A DNA stretch of 64,000 nucleotides. It comes from Rikenellaceae bacterium. Its GTDB lineage: Bacteria; Bacteroidota; Bacteroidia; Bacteroidales; Rikenellaceae. Position numbers and translations under genes: made by a program. Location: contig JBCQVH010000005.1 in the NCBI GenBank assembly GCA_047173185.1, positions 49,567-113,566 on the forward strand, read 5' to 3'. Shown here piece after piece: positions 29,150 to 40,363 of this stretch; positions within the stretch are counted from its first letter, which is position 1; each line of letters starts with the position of its first letter. The notes under the pieces were generated by a model. It made no database searches, was not told the origin of the DNA, and saw only the letters and a program-made list of their open reading frames with translations.

Positions 29150-31558
29150 ATGAAGTTTCTTCTATCACTTCTACTTCTATTCACTAGCTCTTGGGCTTGG
29201 GCAGTAAATGCCGATTCGGACTCAGATGCCGAGGCTAGACTCGTGCCTATACACGGTGCGGTTTTATCGCTAGAGGATGGCAAACCTATTGCATATGCGA
29301 CAGTCTCACTAGCCGACAAAAATCGCTTCGGAGCATCGACCGACATGACTGGTCGCTTTCGCATGCGTGTCCCAAGTGGCAAACATACACTCGTGGTTAC
29401 ATTCGTGGGTTACCAGAAATATACACAAACTATTGAGGTTACAACTGACCGCCAACGCCCAACCCCGATAACAATCAAACTAAAGCCAGTATCTCAGGAT
29501 ATGGAGGAGGTTGTTGTGAAGAGCGAGGGTTTTGCATCGCGCGTAAATAAGACTGCATTCAACGTCCAAGCGGTAGCCATCGACAACCTAAAGAGCAACA
29601 CCACAGCATCGCTAAATGATGTCCTCTCGAAGGTTAACGGTGTGCGTATTCGCGAGAGCGGAGGTGTGGGTAGCGACTCGAAGATCAGCCTCAACGGCTT
29701 CTCGGGTAGCCACGTGAAGATCTTTATTGATGGGATTCTTCAGCAGAACAACGGTGCATTCTCTCTGAGCAACATCCCTGCAAACTTCGCAGAGCATATT
29801 GAGGTTTACAATGGCGTTGCCCCTATCGAGTTTGGATCGGATGCCTTGGGTGGTGTCATCAACATCGTCACCAAGAAGCAGAACCAAGCGGGTTGGAACC
29901 TCGACGCCTCATACTCGTATGGTTCGTTCAACACCCACCGTAGCAACATAACATTCACCCACCAGTTGAAGGGCGGTCTACAGTATAAGGTCAACGCCTA
30001 CCAGAACTATTCGGACAACAACTACGACATCGACAACACCGTAATTTTGTATAATGGTAATATTTCGCAGACATCCACAGAGGTCTACAACGTGGAGCGT
30101 TTCAACGACAAATACCACAACGAGGCGATAATCACAGAGGTTGGTTTCAAGGGCAAAAAGTGGGCAGATGTCGCTACGCTAAGCGTCAACCTCGCACAGT
30201 TCTATAAGGAGGTGCAGACAGGAACAACACAGGATGTTGTCTATGGAGATCGTCACCGCGAGGGTTATTCGGTGATCCCAACACTTCAGTACTCCAAGCG
30301 CGATCTTTTCACCAAGGGGTTGACCCTCAAGGCTAACGCAAGCTACGACTATGGCGTAACATTGGTTGCCGACACCACGGTATTTAACTACAACTGGTTT
30401 GGCGACACACAATACAGCAAGTCGCGCAACAACACATACACCGAGACAACAAGCAACTCGTGGAGCACCAACGCCAACGCCACATACAAGGCTAGCGAGG
30501 CGCACACCGTGGCGTTGAACTACTCTCTCAATTCGACAGCTCGCGTATCACGTTCGGCAACCGTAGGGACGACATTCGACGACTACGATGACCCTCAATA
30601 CACAACAAAGAGCGTCACAGGACTCTCCTACATGTACAACTTTCGCGACCGATTCAACGCCCAGGGTTTTGGAAAATACTACACCCAAAGTAACGACGGT
30701 GCGACATACGACACCGAGGGTAACAGAACTGAGCGCAACGAGAAAAATGGGTATTTGGGTTACGGAGCTGCTGGAACAGTATTCTTCTTGAATGGTTTCC
30801 AGGGTAAGTTCTCCTACGAGAAGTCATATCGCCTACCTACCACGACAGAGCTATTTGGAGATAGCGACTTGGAGTTGGGAAATGTTGGACTTGACCCCGA
30901 GAGTAGCGACAACTTCAACATCAACCTCACATATAACCGCACCTTTGGAAAGCACAACTTTGAGTTGGGTGGAGGCTTGATATACAGCAACACCAAGGAT
31001 TACATCCAACGCGTAGTGGCGAGCGACGGTGAATCAGCATCCTCAGTAAACCACGGAAAGGTTAAGACTAACGGTTGGAATGTCTCGGCGCGCTACAACT
31101 TTGGAGATCGCTTCTCGGTGGGTGGAAACTACAACATCCTCAACACCATTGATGACGAGATGTACGACATATCTTCTGGATATCAGCGCGTGAGTATGAC
31201 CTACGGTCAGAATATGCCTAATGAGCCAACTGAATATGCGAGTGTTGATGGGCAGGTCAATTTCTATGATCTCATCAAGAAAAAAGATCACTTCTTCATT
31301 GTCTACGACTTGTTCTACCAGAAGGAGTTCCTACTCGACTGGGCAAACTTTGGAGATTACGACACCAAGAAGATGGTTCCTACGCAGTTGGCACACAACA
31401 TCACGTTCCACTACACCCTCAAGGATGGCAAGTATAACTTCTCGCTAGAGTGTCGAAACATCACCGATGCCAACCTCTACGACAACTATAGCCTCCAAAA
31501 AGCTGGGCGCGCATTCTACGGCAAGGTGAGAATAATGATCGGAAATACAAACAAATAA
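29150..31558 (+). CDS. TonB-dependent receptor (iron chelate/CirA-like, XusA-like)
   Basis: Plug motifs GVRIRESGGVGS and GSDALGGVINIVT; C-terminal NLYDNYSLQKAGRAF. Confidence 0.9.
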   Translation: MKFLLSLLLLFTSSWAWAVNADSDSDAEARLVPIHGAVLSLEDGKPIAYATVSLADKNRFGASTDMTGRFRMRVPSGKHTLVVTFVGYQKYTQTIEVTTDRQRPTPITIKLKPVSQDMEEVVVKSEGFASRVNKTAFNVQAVAIDNLKSNTTASLNDVLSKVNGVRIRESGGVGSDSKISLNGFSGSHVKIFIDGILQQNNGAFSLSNIPANFAEHIEVYNGVAPIEFGSDALGGVINIVTKKQNQAGWNLDASYSYGSFNTHRSNITFTHQLKGGLQYKVNAYQNYSDNNYDIDNTVILYNGNISQTSTEVYNVERFNDKYHNEAIITEVGFKGKKWADVATLSVNLAQFYKEVQTGTTQDVVYGDRHREGYSVIPTLQYSKRDLFTKGLTLKANASYDYGVTLVADTTVFNYNWFGDTQYSKSRNNTYTETTSNSWSTNANATYKASEAHTVALNYSLNSTARVSRSATVGTTFDDYDDPQYTTKSVTGLSYMYNFRDRFNAQGFGKYYTQSNDGATYDTEGNRTERNEKNGYLGYGAAGTVFFLNGFQGKFSYEKSYRLPTTTELFGDSDLELGNVGLDPESSDNFNINLTYNRTFGKHNFELGGGLIYSNTKDYIQRVVASDGESASSVNHGKVKTNGWNVSARYNFGDRFSVGGNYNILNTIDDEMYDISSGYQRVSMTYGQNMPNEPTEYASVDGQVNFYDLIKKKDHFFIVYDLFYQKEFLLDWANFGDYDTKKMVPTQLAHNITFHYTLKDGKYNFSLECRNITDANLYDNYSLQKAGRAFYGKVRIMIGNTNK

Positions 31559-31589
31559 CTAATTATCAACAACAATAACAAACAAAAAC

Positions 31590-33167
31590 ATGAAAAAACA
31601 ATTTCTTTTTAAGTCGCTACTTTTTGCGGCAGCAGTAGCCTCAGTAGCTACATCATGTACGAAGGATGATGCAGGTTCAGGCTCAGATTTCGTTATCGAC
31701 CCACAGACAACTCTTGAGGGTGAGGGATATATCGTTGCCGCAACAACATCGGGCTACGACTATCTTCTATACACTGACGCTTTGGACAAAAACATCTCTG
31801 TAACAAAGAACAGCGTTGAGACGAGCGTTACCAGCGGACAGTGGTATTTCTACAGTGATATGCGTGTGCTAGGTCTTAAGTACAACGATGGTGATCCTGT
31901 GCCAGCAGAGAGCTTCGTGATGGGTACAACAAAACCAACAAGTAGCACTCAGTACACTAGCTACCGTTTCACAACTTACGGAACATATGGCGAGAGCATC
32001 ATCACATCTTCGTCAAACGCACTTACTGCGGCATCGGACACGAATGGCGACTACCTCAAAACTATCAGTTACGAGGGTGTTGACGAGTATGCAGGTTACT
32101 CACGTTTCATCAACATCGCTATGTATCACTCGACAAATGGTACAGTTGCAACCTATGACTTCGAGTCGGACAACTTCCTAGGCAATGGTGAGTATGTAAA
32201 CTTCGCAGGTTTCGCAGAGTCAGACGGCAATTTGTATACAACAGTCTACCCAATGGGTATCACAGCTTACGGTTCTGAGGAGTACAAGAGCACTCTTGAG
32301 GCGGCATCGACAACTTACTATGGCGATTCAAGTGAGTATGCACAGTTCATCTCTCCAGGTTACGGAGGTTCTGGTTCTGGTTCATTCTACCCAGGTACAG
32401 CGGCAACAACTCTCTTCCCAAATCAGTTCCACGTTGCTATCTTCCCTGCAAACCACAAGTTCTCTAACGACAACAAAACACCTAACAAGTCGGGCGTAAC
32501 AATCATCACAGATGATCGTATGTCACCTCCTTGTGGTCGTCAGCAGTCGTCACAGTACCCAACAATTGGCGCAGATGACAACGAGGATATCTACATCTTC
32601 TCTCCAGGTAACGAGCGTTCTTACACATCGGGTGTCGTAGTTTACAGCGACTCAAGCAAGACTGTAACAATGGATGCGTCAACTGAGGATCCACTTTTCT
32701 ACAAGGCTCTCGGAACACACGCGTCAAAGGTTATGCGTATCAAGAAGGGTGCGACAGCTTTGGATGAGACATACGGATCAAACGGTGTATTCGATGTTGA
32801 GGCTGCTATGGGCGGACGTTCATTCCTTACTTGCGACTTCATCACAGGTTCAGGATCTAAGTTCCTTCTTAGAGCATACAACGATGCTAATGTTCAGTAC
32901 ACATCAAACGTTAACTTCCAGTTGTACGTTGTTGATGCAGCAAATCAGACAGCAACTATGGTTACTGGTCAGCCATCAGCAACATCAATCTCTAACATCA
33001 GCCGTAACTCATACTTCGAGGATGGTAAGGCTTATGTAGGTATCACATCTTCTGAGCTTTCATACCCTGCAATCTACGAGATCGACTCAGCAACAGGTGT
33101 AGCGACAAAGATCGCAGATGTTGAGTGTACTAACATCGCTTCAATCGGTAAGCTAAAGCAGTTCTAA
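31590..33167 (+). CDS. DUF4374-family surface lipoprotein (XusB-like)
   Basis: Lipobox ATSC; RFTTYG, NFLGNGEYVNFAG, DDRMS..CGR and DIYIFS motifs. Confidence 0.75.
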   Translation: MKKQFLFKSLLFAAAVASVATSCTKDDAGSGSDFVIDPQTTLEGEGYIVAATTSGYDYLLYTDALDKNISVTKNSVETSVTSGQWYFYSDMRVLGLKYNDGDPVPAESFVMGTTKPTSSTQYTSYRFTTYGTYGESIITSSSNALTAASDTNGDYLKTISYEGVDEYAGYSRFINIAMYHSTNGTVATYDFESDNFLGNGEYVNFAGFAESDGNLYTTVYPMGITAYGSEEYKSTLEAASTTYYGDSSEYAQFISPGYGGSGSGSFYPGTAATTLFPNQFHVAIFPANHKFSNDNKTPNKSGVTIITDDRMSPPCGRQQSSQYPTIGADDNEDIYIFSPGNERSYTSGVVVYSDSSKTVTMDASTEDPLFYKALGTHASKVMRIKKGATALDETYGSNGVFDVEAAMGGRSFLTCDFITGSGSKFLLRAYNDANVQYTSNVNFQLYVVDAANQTATMVTGQPSATSISNISRNSYFEDGKAYVGITSSELSYPAIYEIDSATGVATKIADVECTNIASIGKLKQF

Positions 33168-33188
33168 TATAACTTGTTTTCACTAAGT

Positions 33189-33232
33189 AGGTCTACGTGA
33201 GAGTGTTTTCACCCCTGCGTAGACCTCTTTTT
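33189..33232 (+). terminator. Intra-operon hairpin/terminator
   Basis: AGGTCTACG...CGTAGACCT followed by CTTTTT. Confidence 0.7.
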
Positions 33233-33258
33233 GATTAACCCAAACACCTATTTTTAAT

Positions 33259-34290
33259 ATGATAAATGCAGCATTAGATTTTATCGTCTTCTTCAAATCG
33301 AACTTCTCGATGCTCTTCGCTTTGATTGTCTACACAATCCTCGCTATCGCACTCTCGAAGTCAATCAAGAAAAACTACAAGGTATACTATTGGATCTTTG
33401 GAATCCTCTCGGTAGCTTTTGTTATCCCATTTACTTTCCGTATTCTCGGCATGCCATTGTCGGTAAACCTTGGTAAAATTCCATTTTTTGGACCTTGCAT
33501 CAACGAGCTATCTAGCGCAGGAAACTTCGTGCATCCAATCCTTATCATCATCATGTACATGGGCGCATTCAGCCCCAAGAACCAATATATTGGTCGCTTG
33601 ATGTCGATTCGTAAGGAGCTATCTATCATCGTTGGATTCCCCGTTATTGCCCACGCCCTCAAGCGTATCTTCGCCTCATTCCCCGATGGTTGGAAGTACT
33701 TCGCCAACCACGAGGAGTTTATGCAGAGTCCACGCGTAACAAGTGCCTTAGGCTCTGGAATTACAAGTTTTGTCTTTGTGTTGGGTCTTGTGATGACCAT
33801 CCTCTTCCTTGTGTTGTGGATCACATCATTCGATTCAGTTCACCGCAAATTGGGTACTCAGCGTTGGAAGAGCGTTCAGAAGTGGTCTTATGGACTCTAC
33901 GCAATGTTGTTTATCCACGCTATGGGTCTCAGCCTCGGTGGATATATCAGCGACAAGGCGCGCGCGGAGCAACAGCAAGCATCTCGTCCTGCACAGACTG
34001 AGATGGTCGCAGAGAAAAAGGGCGAGCGTCCACAGCGTGCTGAGGGTCAGCAGGCTCAGCAAGGTCATGGACAGCAACAAGGTCACGGAGCACCTCAGCA
34101 GGCTCAGGCTCAGCAGGGTGGTCACGGCAAAAAGCCACAACCATTTAAGTTTGAGGAGATTGAGATTAGTCGCGGTGACAAGCGTATTATCAATATGTTT
34201 ATCTATGTGTTGATCTACGGCTCATACCTGTATTTCCGTCTGCGCAAGGCAAAGCTTGCTAAGCAGAAGCGACAACAATTTGCTCAATAA
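33259..34290 (+). CDS. Ferric reductase-like (MsrQ/YedZ-type) heme-binding membrane protein with Q/G-rich insert
   Basis: IRKELSI...AH, LWITSF...WKSVQKWSY and FIH motifs; multiple TM helices. Confidence 0.75.
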   Translation: MINAALDFIVFFKSNFSMLFALIVYTILAIALSKSIKKNYKVYYWIFGILSVAFVIPFTFRILGMPLSVNLGKIPFFGPCINELSSAGNFVHPILIIIMYMGAFSPKNQYIGRLMSIRKELSIIVGFPVIAHALKRIFASFPDGWKYFANHEEFMQSPRVTSALGSGITSFVFVLGLVMTILFLVLWITSFDSVHRKLGTQRWKSVQKWSYGLYAMLFIHAMGLSLGGYISDKARAEQQQASRPAQTEMVAEKKGERPQRAEGQQAQQGHGQQQGHGAPQQAQAQQGGHGKKPQPFKFEEIEISRGDKRIINMFIYVLIYGSYLYFRLRKAKLAKQKRQQFAQ

Positions 34291-34346
34291 AAGAGAGATT
34301 GAGGACAACGCAATCGTGGAACGATACCGTGAAGCGACAGTGAAGT

Positions 34347-34549
34347 TCGGCATGTGGCACGCTACGCTAGTAGCGTGAAGTTTAAAGAGATGAATCTTCG
34401 GATTGAGAGCCGACCTAAGGAGGCTTTCAAAATCCGAAGATTCATCTCTTTAAACTTAGCACTTTGAAAAAGTGCGTACCACATGACCGCTAGGAAAAAA
34501 ATAGCCCGTGCGGCTACGCACCGCCCGTCCGGCGTTAGGACAGTCCCCA
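34347..34549. other. Structured non-coding repeat element, copy A
   Basis: Multi-hairpin element homologous to 49699-49905, with compensatory changes. Confidence 0.8.
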
Positions 34550-34565
34550 GCGTCCCCAGAAAGGG

Positions 34566-36092
34566 TTACTCCCACTCGATTGTTGCTGGTGGTTTTGATG
34601 AGATATCGTAGACTACGCGATTGACGCCGCGCACCTTATTGATAATTTCGTTCGACACCTTAGCGAGGAACTCGTGAGGGAAGTCAACCCAGTCGGCTGT
34701 CATTCCGTCTGTTGACGACACAGCGCGAAGTGCTACACAGCTCTCATATGTACGCTCATCGCCCATGACGCCTACGCTCTTCACAGGCAACAAGATAGCT
34801 CCTGCCTGCCACACCTTATCGTATAGTCCCCACTCGTGGAGAGCATCAATATATATCTTATCTACATTCTGGAGGATCTCGACTCTCTCGCGTGTGATCT
34901 CGCCCAAGATGCGGATTGCCAGACCTGGACCTGGGAACGGATGGCGACCGATAAGTTTCTTCGAGATACCCATCGAGAGACCTACGCGGCGCACCTCATC
35001 CTTAAACAAAAGACGCAACGGCTCAACAATCTTGAGGTTCATCTTCTCGGGCAGACCGCCCACGTTGTGGTGCGACTTGATGGTTGCCGAAGGACCATTC
35101 ACCGAGCACGACTCGATAACATCGGGGTAGATAGTACCCTGTGCCAACCACTTAACATCCTGAATCGAAAGTGCCTCATCGTTGAACACCTCCACGAAGT
35201 CGCGACCGATGATCTTACGCTTAGTCTCGGGATCGCTCACGCCATCGAGATCCGTAAGGAACTTATCCCCTGCATCGACACCCTTGACATTGAGACCCAT
35301 ACCCTTGTATGACTCCAACACCTCCTCGAACTCATTCTTACGTAACACACCAGGGTTGACGAAGATACAGTATAGATTCTGACCAATAGCCTTGTGCAAC
35401 AACACCGCAGCCACCGTAGAGTCAACACCTCCCGACAAGCCCAACACAACGCGATCATTGCCCAACTTAGCCTTCAAATCCGCAACCGTGCTATCCACGA
35501 AGCTCTCCGATGTCCATGTCTGAGAACATCCACAGATGCCAACCACGAAGTTCTTCAACAGCTGCATACCATCCGTAGAGTGGTAGACCTCGGGGTGGAA
35601 CTGAATAGCCCATGTTGGCTCACCGTCGATGCAGTAAGCGGCAACCTTCACCTCCTCAGTACTTGCGATAACGCGGTAGTTGCTAGGGATAGATGTGATG
35701 GTGTCACCGTGCGACATCCACACCTGCGTCTTAGCAGGCAACTCCTTCATGAGTGGGTTCTCGGCATCGCCAACGGTCAACATTGCGCGACCATACTCTC
35801 TACTTGGAGCAGGCTGAACCTCGCCACCAAAGGCATGCGAAAGGTACTGAGCACCATAACATACACCCAACAAAGGCATCTTACCCTTGATCTGCGAAAG
35901 ATCTGGTTGTGGAGCTACTGCATCGCGCACCGAGTAGGGGCTTCCCGACAAGATCACACCCTTGAACGACTCGTCAATCTCGGGCATGTGGTTGAAGGGG
36001 TGGATCTCACAATATACATTCAACTCACGCACGCGACGCGCGATAAGCTGAGTGTACTGCGATCCGAAATCTAAAATTAGGATTTTTTCCAT
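34566..36092 (-). CDS. guaA: GMP synthase (glutamine-hydrolysing)
   Basis: [32 protein letters not shown] and KPPATIEWE motifs; ATG at 36092. Confidence 0.97.
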   Translation of the reverse strand: MEKILILDFGSQYTQLIARRVRELNVYCEIHPFNHMPEIDESFKGVILSGSPYSVRDAVAPQPDLSQIKGKMPLLGVCYGAQYLSHAFGGEVQPAPSREYGRAMLTVGDAENPLMKELPAKTQVWMSHGDTITSIPSNYRVIASTEEVKVAAYCIDGEPTWAIQFHPEVYHSTDGMQLLKNFVVGICGCSQTWTSESFVDSTVADLKAKLGNDRVVLGLSGGVDSTVAAVLLHKAIGQNLYCIFVNPGVLRKNEFEEVLESYKGMGLNVKGVDAGDKFLTDLDGVSDPETKRKIIGRDFVEVFNDEALSIQDVKWLAQGTIYPDVIESCSVNGPSATIKSHHNVGGLPEKMNLKIVEPLRLLFKDEVRRVGLSMGISKKLIGRHPFPGPGLAIRILGEITRERVEILQNVDKIYIDALHEWGLYDKVWQAGAILLPVKSVGVMGDERTYESCVALRAVSSTDGMTADWVDFPHEFLAKVSNEIINKVRGVNRVVYDISSKPPATIEWE

Positions 36093-36196
36093 TCTGTAAT
36101 GTAAAAAAAGCGTGAGGTGAACATCCGAGGTTGGCACGAGCCACCACGAAGTCCACCTCAACTATCTATTATTATTGTTTGTCTCTAAAAACTAAA

Positions 36197-37666
36197 TTAG
36201 CTACGTGAATAGTTAGGTGCCTCGCGCGTGATTGTAACATCGTGAGGGTGGTTCTCCGTAACTCCCGACGTTGTGATGCGGATGAACTTAGCACTCTGAA
36301 GTGTTGGGATATCCTTAGCTCCACAGTAACCCATTCCCGACTTCAAGCCACCAATCAACTGGTATACTGACTCCGACAAGAATCCCTTATATGGAACACG
36401 CGCCTCGATACCCTCGGGTACAAACTTGCTTGTGTTAACCTCGCCATCTTGGAAGTAGCGATCCTTAGAGCCGTTGTTCATCGCCTCGATAGATCCCATT
36501 CCGCGGTAGTTCTTGAACTTACGTCCGTTATAGATGATTGTCTCACCTGGAGACTCCTCCACACCTGCGAACATTGAGCCAACCATCACACAGTCGCCTC
36601 CTGCCGCCAACGCCTTGACGATATCTCCCGAGTAGCGCAAACCACCATCCGCAATGACTGGAACACCTGTACCCTCAGCCGCCTTAGCGACATCGAAGAT
36701 AGCTGTCAACTGAGGAACTCCAACTCCTGCAACGATACGTGTAGTACAGATCGAACCAGGTCCGATACCAACCTTAACACCATCAGCTCCAGCCTCAATG
36801 AGGTACTTAGCAGCCTCTCCCGTTGCAATATTTCCTACGACAACATCCAAATCCGAATATGTCGCCTTGATAACTTGCAACGCCTTGACGATATTTGCTG
36901 AGTGACCATGCGCCGAGTCCAAAACCACAGCGTCAACACCCGCCTCAACAAGTGCCTTCACACGATCCATCATGTCGCCCGTGATACCCACTCCTGCGGC
37001 AACTCTCAAACGACCCTTGCTATCCTTACATGAGTTTGGATTATCCTTCACCTTGGTGATATCGCGGTATGTGATAAGACCGATCAACATGCCGTCATTA
37101 TCCACAACAGGTAACTTCTCGATCTTGTTGATTAGCAATATATCAGCAGCATGAACGAGATCAGTATTTTGTGTCGTGATAAGGTTATCCTTAGTCATCA
37201 CATCGTTGATCTTGCGAGTCATATCGCGCTGGAAACGCAAGTCGCGGTTGGTCACGATACCGATAAGCCTCATGCCATCCTCAACAACTGGGATACCACC
37301 GATCTTATTCTCCTTCATCATCGCCAAAGCATCACCCACAGTATTCTCCTTAGAGATTGTCAACGGATCATCGATCATACCATTCTCCGCACGCTTCACC
37401 TTGCGCACCTGTGTAGCCTGCGCCTCGATAGACATGTTCTTGTGGATCACACCAATTCCTCCCTCACGCGCAAGAGCGATAGCGAGTGGAGACTCCGTAA
37501 CTGTATCCATAGCGGCAGATACGATTGGCACATTGAGTTTGATATTGCGTGAAAAGCGAGTCTGAATACTCACCTCACGAGGCAACACCTCCGAATAGGC
37601 TGGCACGAGAAGTACATCATCAAACGTGAGACCCTCTTTTTGCACCTTTTCATCAATAAACGACAT
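36197..37666 (-). CDS. guaB: IMP dehydrogenase
   Basis: [14 protein letters not shown] pair and [11 protein letters not shown] motif. Confidence 0.97.
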   Translation of the reverse strand: MSFIDEKVQKEGLTFDDVLLVPAYSEVLPREVSIQTRFSRNIKLNVPIVSAAMDTVTESPLAIALAREGGIGVIHKNMSIEAQATQVRKVKRAENGMIDDPLTISKENTVGDALAMMKENKIGGIPVVEDGMRLIGIVTNRDLRFQRDMTRKINDVMTKDNLITTQNTDLVHAADILLINKIEKLPVVDNDGMLIGLITYRDITKVKDNPNSCKDSKGRLRVAAGVGITGDMMDRVKALVEAGVDAVVLDSAHGHSANIVKALQVIKATYSDLDVVVGNIATGEAAKYLIEAGADGVKVGIGPGSICTTRIVAGVGVPQLTAIFDVAKAAEGTGVPVIADGGLRYSGDIVKALAAGGDCVMVGSMFAGVEESPGETIIYNGRKFKNYRGMGSIEAMNNGSKDRYFQDGEVNTSKFVPEGIEARVPYKGFLSESVYQLIGGLKSGMGYCGAKDIPTLQSAKFIRITTSGVTENHPHDVTITREAPNYSRS

Positions 37667-37814
37667 AATATATAATGTTCTAAAGTTATCGAATTAACCC
37701 CTCGCTTTCAGTTTGGGGTTTATGTTGCACGCAAAGATACGAAGAATTTTTGGATTTGTTGATCTTAGGGCGACTCTTTTTATAAAATAATCAATAATTA
37801 GAGCCTTATAGATC

Positions 37815-38075
37815 TTACGGCACGGGGTCGTGACCACTGCCACCCCACGGATGACACCTCGATATGCGTTTGATAGTCAACCAACCCCCTTTGAAAAGTC
37901 CATGTTTGCGCAACGCCTCCAGCGCATATTGCGAACAGGTGGGCGTATAGCGACACGAGGGTGGTGTGAATGGTGAGATACAGTTGCGATAGATGAATAT
38001 CAGAGCCACCAAGGGCGAGATCGCAATCTGCTTAACAACTTGTCGAGATATGTTCCAGAATTTTGCGAACTGCAT
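37815..38075 (-). CDS. yidD: Membrane protein insertion efficiency factor
   Basis: [10 protein letters not shown]...[14 protein letters not shown] motif. Confidence 0.93.
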   Translation of the reverse strand: MQFAKFWNISRQVVKQIAISPLVALIFIYRNCISPFTPPSCRYTPTCSQYALEALRKHGLFKGGWLTIKRISRCHPWGGSGHDPVP

Positions 38076-38424
38076 TGCGAATGGTTTTATAGGTGTGCGC
38101 CTCCTTCGTGGAGTAGATCAATGCCAACTCAATCTCCTTCGTGGAGTCCACCTTGCCTACAACAATCTCCTTCTGCAATCTGTATGCCTCCTTAACTCTA
38201 CGTCTCAGCAAGTTACGTTTATTGGCGCGTCTATGAAACTTCTTGGACACGGTAAAGAGCACCGCAACATTAGTCTCCTCTGTCTCACTCTCTGCACTCT
38301 TTACTCGCCACACATATCTCAGCGGATATACAAAGCCACTCTCCCCCTGAGAGAAGAGCTCTTTGATTCCGCTCAGTGAGCGCAAACGCTCGCTATGTGA
38401 TAGGGAATATGGTGAATTATACAC
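38032..38424 (-). CDS. rnpA: Ribonuclease P protein component
   Basis: [26 protein letters not shown] motifs; GTG at 38424 overlaps the upstream stop. Confidence 0.9.
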   Translation of the reverse strand: MYNSPYSLSHSERLRSLSGIKELFSQGESGFVYPLRYVWRVKSAESETEETNVAVLFTVSKKFHRRANKRNLLRRRVKEAYRLQKEIVVGKVDSTKEIELALIYSTKEAHTYKTIRNAVRKILEHISTSC

Positions 38425-39310
38425 TCCTCTTTGATGTCGTTGAAGTAGCTGTTGTCGATGATGCACACTTCGATGTGCGTGGTTTCTTGGTGAGCTTGCA
38501 CTGCTGTGTGCGGATAAACTCCTCCTTGGCGTTATCCTCCTGCAACTCGATGTCTGCAACCTCCTCACCAGCTGCCAACTTCGTGAGGTAGTCATCTACC
38601 GCCTTGACCATTGATGGAGCTTTGGGCGTTGGAGCCATAGCCTTAACCTTAAGCCCTGCAGCGATTGCTGCGCGGTGAGTTCCGTTACCAAAGACTGCGA
38701 TTGCAGGCATCTCCTCCTGCGAGAACTTCTCGCACAACGCCTTAACATCCGATGGCGAGTAGAGAGCCACAAGCCCCATCTCCTTTAGCGAGACACCCTC
38801 CATATCTGCCGACTCCGTGCGTGCCAAGACCACCTCCGAGAAGTTGAGTTTCAATCGGCTCAATGTCTCAGGCAGCTCAGGCTTGTGTGGCTCGCTGAGC
38901 GTAAGTAAGAACTTCTCGCTCTTATGCTTCACGATAAGCTCCACAAAGTTGGTGAATGTACCATCGGCAAAAGAGATTTTGCGCTTGCGGTATACGATAT
39001 ATTTCTGAAGATAGAGAGCCACAGCCTCCGTCTGGCAGATATACTTCATGCCCTCGGGGATGGTGATGCGTGCCTCCTCACAGATGTGAAAAAAACTATC
39101 AATCGTTGTGCGCGATGTAAAGATCACTGCGCTATGGTCGAGAATTTCAACACGCTGAGAACGATACTCCTTGAGCGACACACCCACCACACGAATCAGT
39201 GGCTTATAGTCGATCTCGATATTGTGTATCTGTGCAACTTCGTAAAATGGAGACTTCTCCTTCACAGCTGGTTGTGGCTGTGAGACTAGAATTTTATGGA
39301 TATCCAACAC
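38417..39310 (-). CDS. hemD: Uroporphyrinogen-III synthase family protein
   Basis: ILVSQP, VIFTSR and LQKYIVYRKRKI motifs; usual Bacteroidota DUF4271-hemD-rnpA order. Confidence 0.8.
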   Translation of the reverse strand: MLDIHKILVSQPQPAVKEKSPFYEVAQIHNIEIDYKPLIRVVGVSLKEYRSQRVEILDHSAVIFTSRTTIDSFFHICEEARITIPEGMKYICQTEAVALYLQKYIVYRKRKISFADGTFTNFVELIVKHKSEKFLLTLSEPHKPELPETLSRLKLNFSEVVLARTESADMEGVSLKEMGLVALYSPSDVKALCEKFSQEEMPAIAVFGNGTHRAAIAAGLKVKAMAPTPKAPSMVKAVDDYLTKLAAGEEVADIELQEDNAKEEFIRTQQCKLTKKPRTSKCASSTTATSTTSKRSV

Positions 39311-39444
39311 GTTATAAACTTGTCTTTAAAAAATATATTCACTTTAGGGTTGTGGTCACACTTCTCCGCTCATTAACATGCCCCTGACATAAGGGTATTA
39401 CATCGACTACAAAACTCCAAAACAGACAACCAAGATGTTGAAAA

Positions 39445-40359
39445 TTATAGACTTAGGTGTCTAAGTACTCCCCAAACGAGGCTCAAAGGCATCAACTCCA
39501 CAGCACAAAGGTACAAAATCCAATGCAATATTGAAAAATTTTCGCGCATAAAGAGTAAAAAAGTCTGCCACACAAATAGGGCGACAAGCACAATACACTC
39601 TAATACAAGGATATAGACAACCTGCTGAAATTGCAAGATATTTGACAGAGCCATCATCATTAAAACGGGTGAGATGAAGATTGTCGACAGAACAAAAAGT
39701 CGTCTCTTTATCGCCAAAAGCTCCTTCATCGCATCCACGTTGATGGTCAGATATCCCGCCACCTTGATGAATGTCCAGCCATAGAGGGCGCAGAGCAACG
39801 CCACCGTAGCGGCTCCAATGACCCATACCCCACCATCCAAATTGTCATAGGATATACCTATATATATATCGGCTAATTTAACGCCCAACATCGCAACCAT
39901 CCCAATACCCAACACCCACGTCAAGATATTCATCAACATCTGCTGTTGACCAATAACCTCTCTACCTCCCGATGCTGAGCCGACTTCGCGACTAAAGCTC
40001 TTAAGTTGCGACCAACGCACCGTTCCGCTCACAACAATGTGGGATAACCACACCAGATAGAGCAACGAGAACGCCAACGTCAAGAGCATGAAACTGTTAC
40101 TTTGGGCAATAGATACACTCGCCTCGCACGCGACCTCAGCCACCGTCTCGACACCTGCACCACCCTCCATCGTCGACTTCCAACCAAAGATATGTCGCGT
40201 TGTCTCCACCACTCGCGTTATGGAGTCCTCGCGCGCGATATTGCGCACCATCTCCAACGAGTCGGCAACCTGAACCTCGCGAACTCGCGCCAACGAGTCG
40301 ATCCGCATTTGAGCCAACGAGTCCACAACCGCAGATCCTCTCTCCAACGTTACACTCAT
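39445..40359 (-). CDS. DUF4271-family membrane protein
   Basis: C-terminal HWILYLCAVELMP motif and position upstream of hemD. Confidence 0.75.
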   Translation of the reverse strand: MSVTLERGSAVVDSLAQMRIDSLARVREVQVADSLEMVRNIAREDSITRVVETTRHIFGWKSTMEGGAGVETVAEVACEASVSIAQSNSFMLLTLAFSLLYLVWLSHIVVSGTVRWSQLKSFSREVGSASGGREVIGQQQMLMNILTWVLGIGMVAMLGVKLADIYIGISYDNLDGGVWVIGAATVALLCALYGWTFIKVAGYLTINVDAMKELLAIKRRLFVLSTIFISPVLMMMALSNILQFQQVVYILVLECIVLVALFVWQTFLLFMRENFSILHWILYLCAVELMPLSLVWGVLRHLSL

Positions 40360-40363
40360 AGCT

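Noticed and set aside
33960-34140. Q/G-rich repeats here and in the tails at 18316-18400 and 25801-25900
   Set aside because: Low-complexity protein linkers, not DNA-level repeat elements.
34347-34549. Purine riboswitch, simple terminator or known self-cleaving ribozyme
   Set aside because: It lies at the 3' end of guaA and recurs at an unrelated locus. It is much more complex than a terminator, and I see no hammerhead or HDV core by eye.
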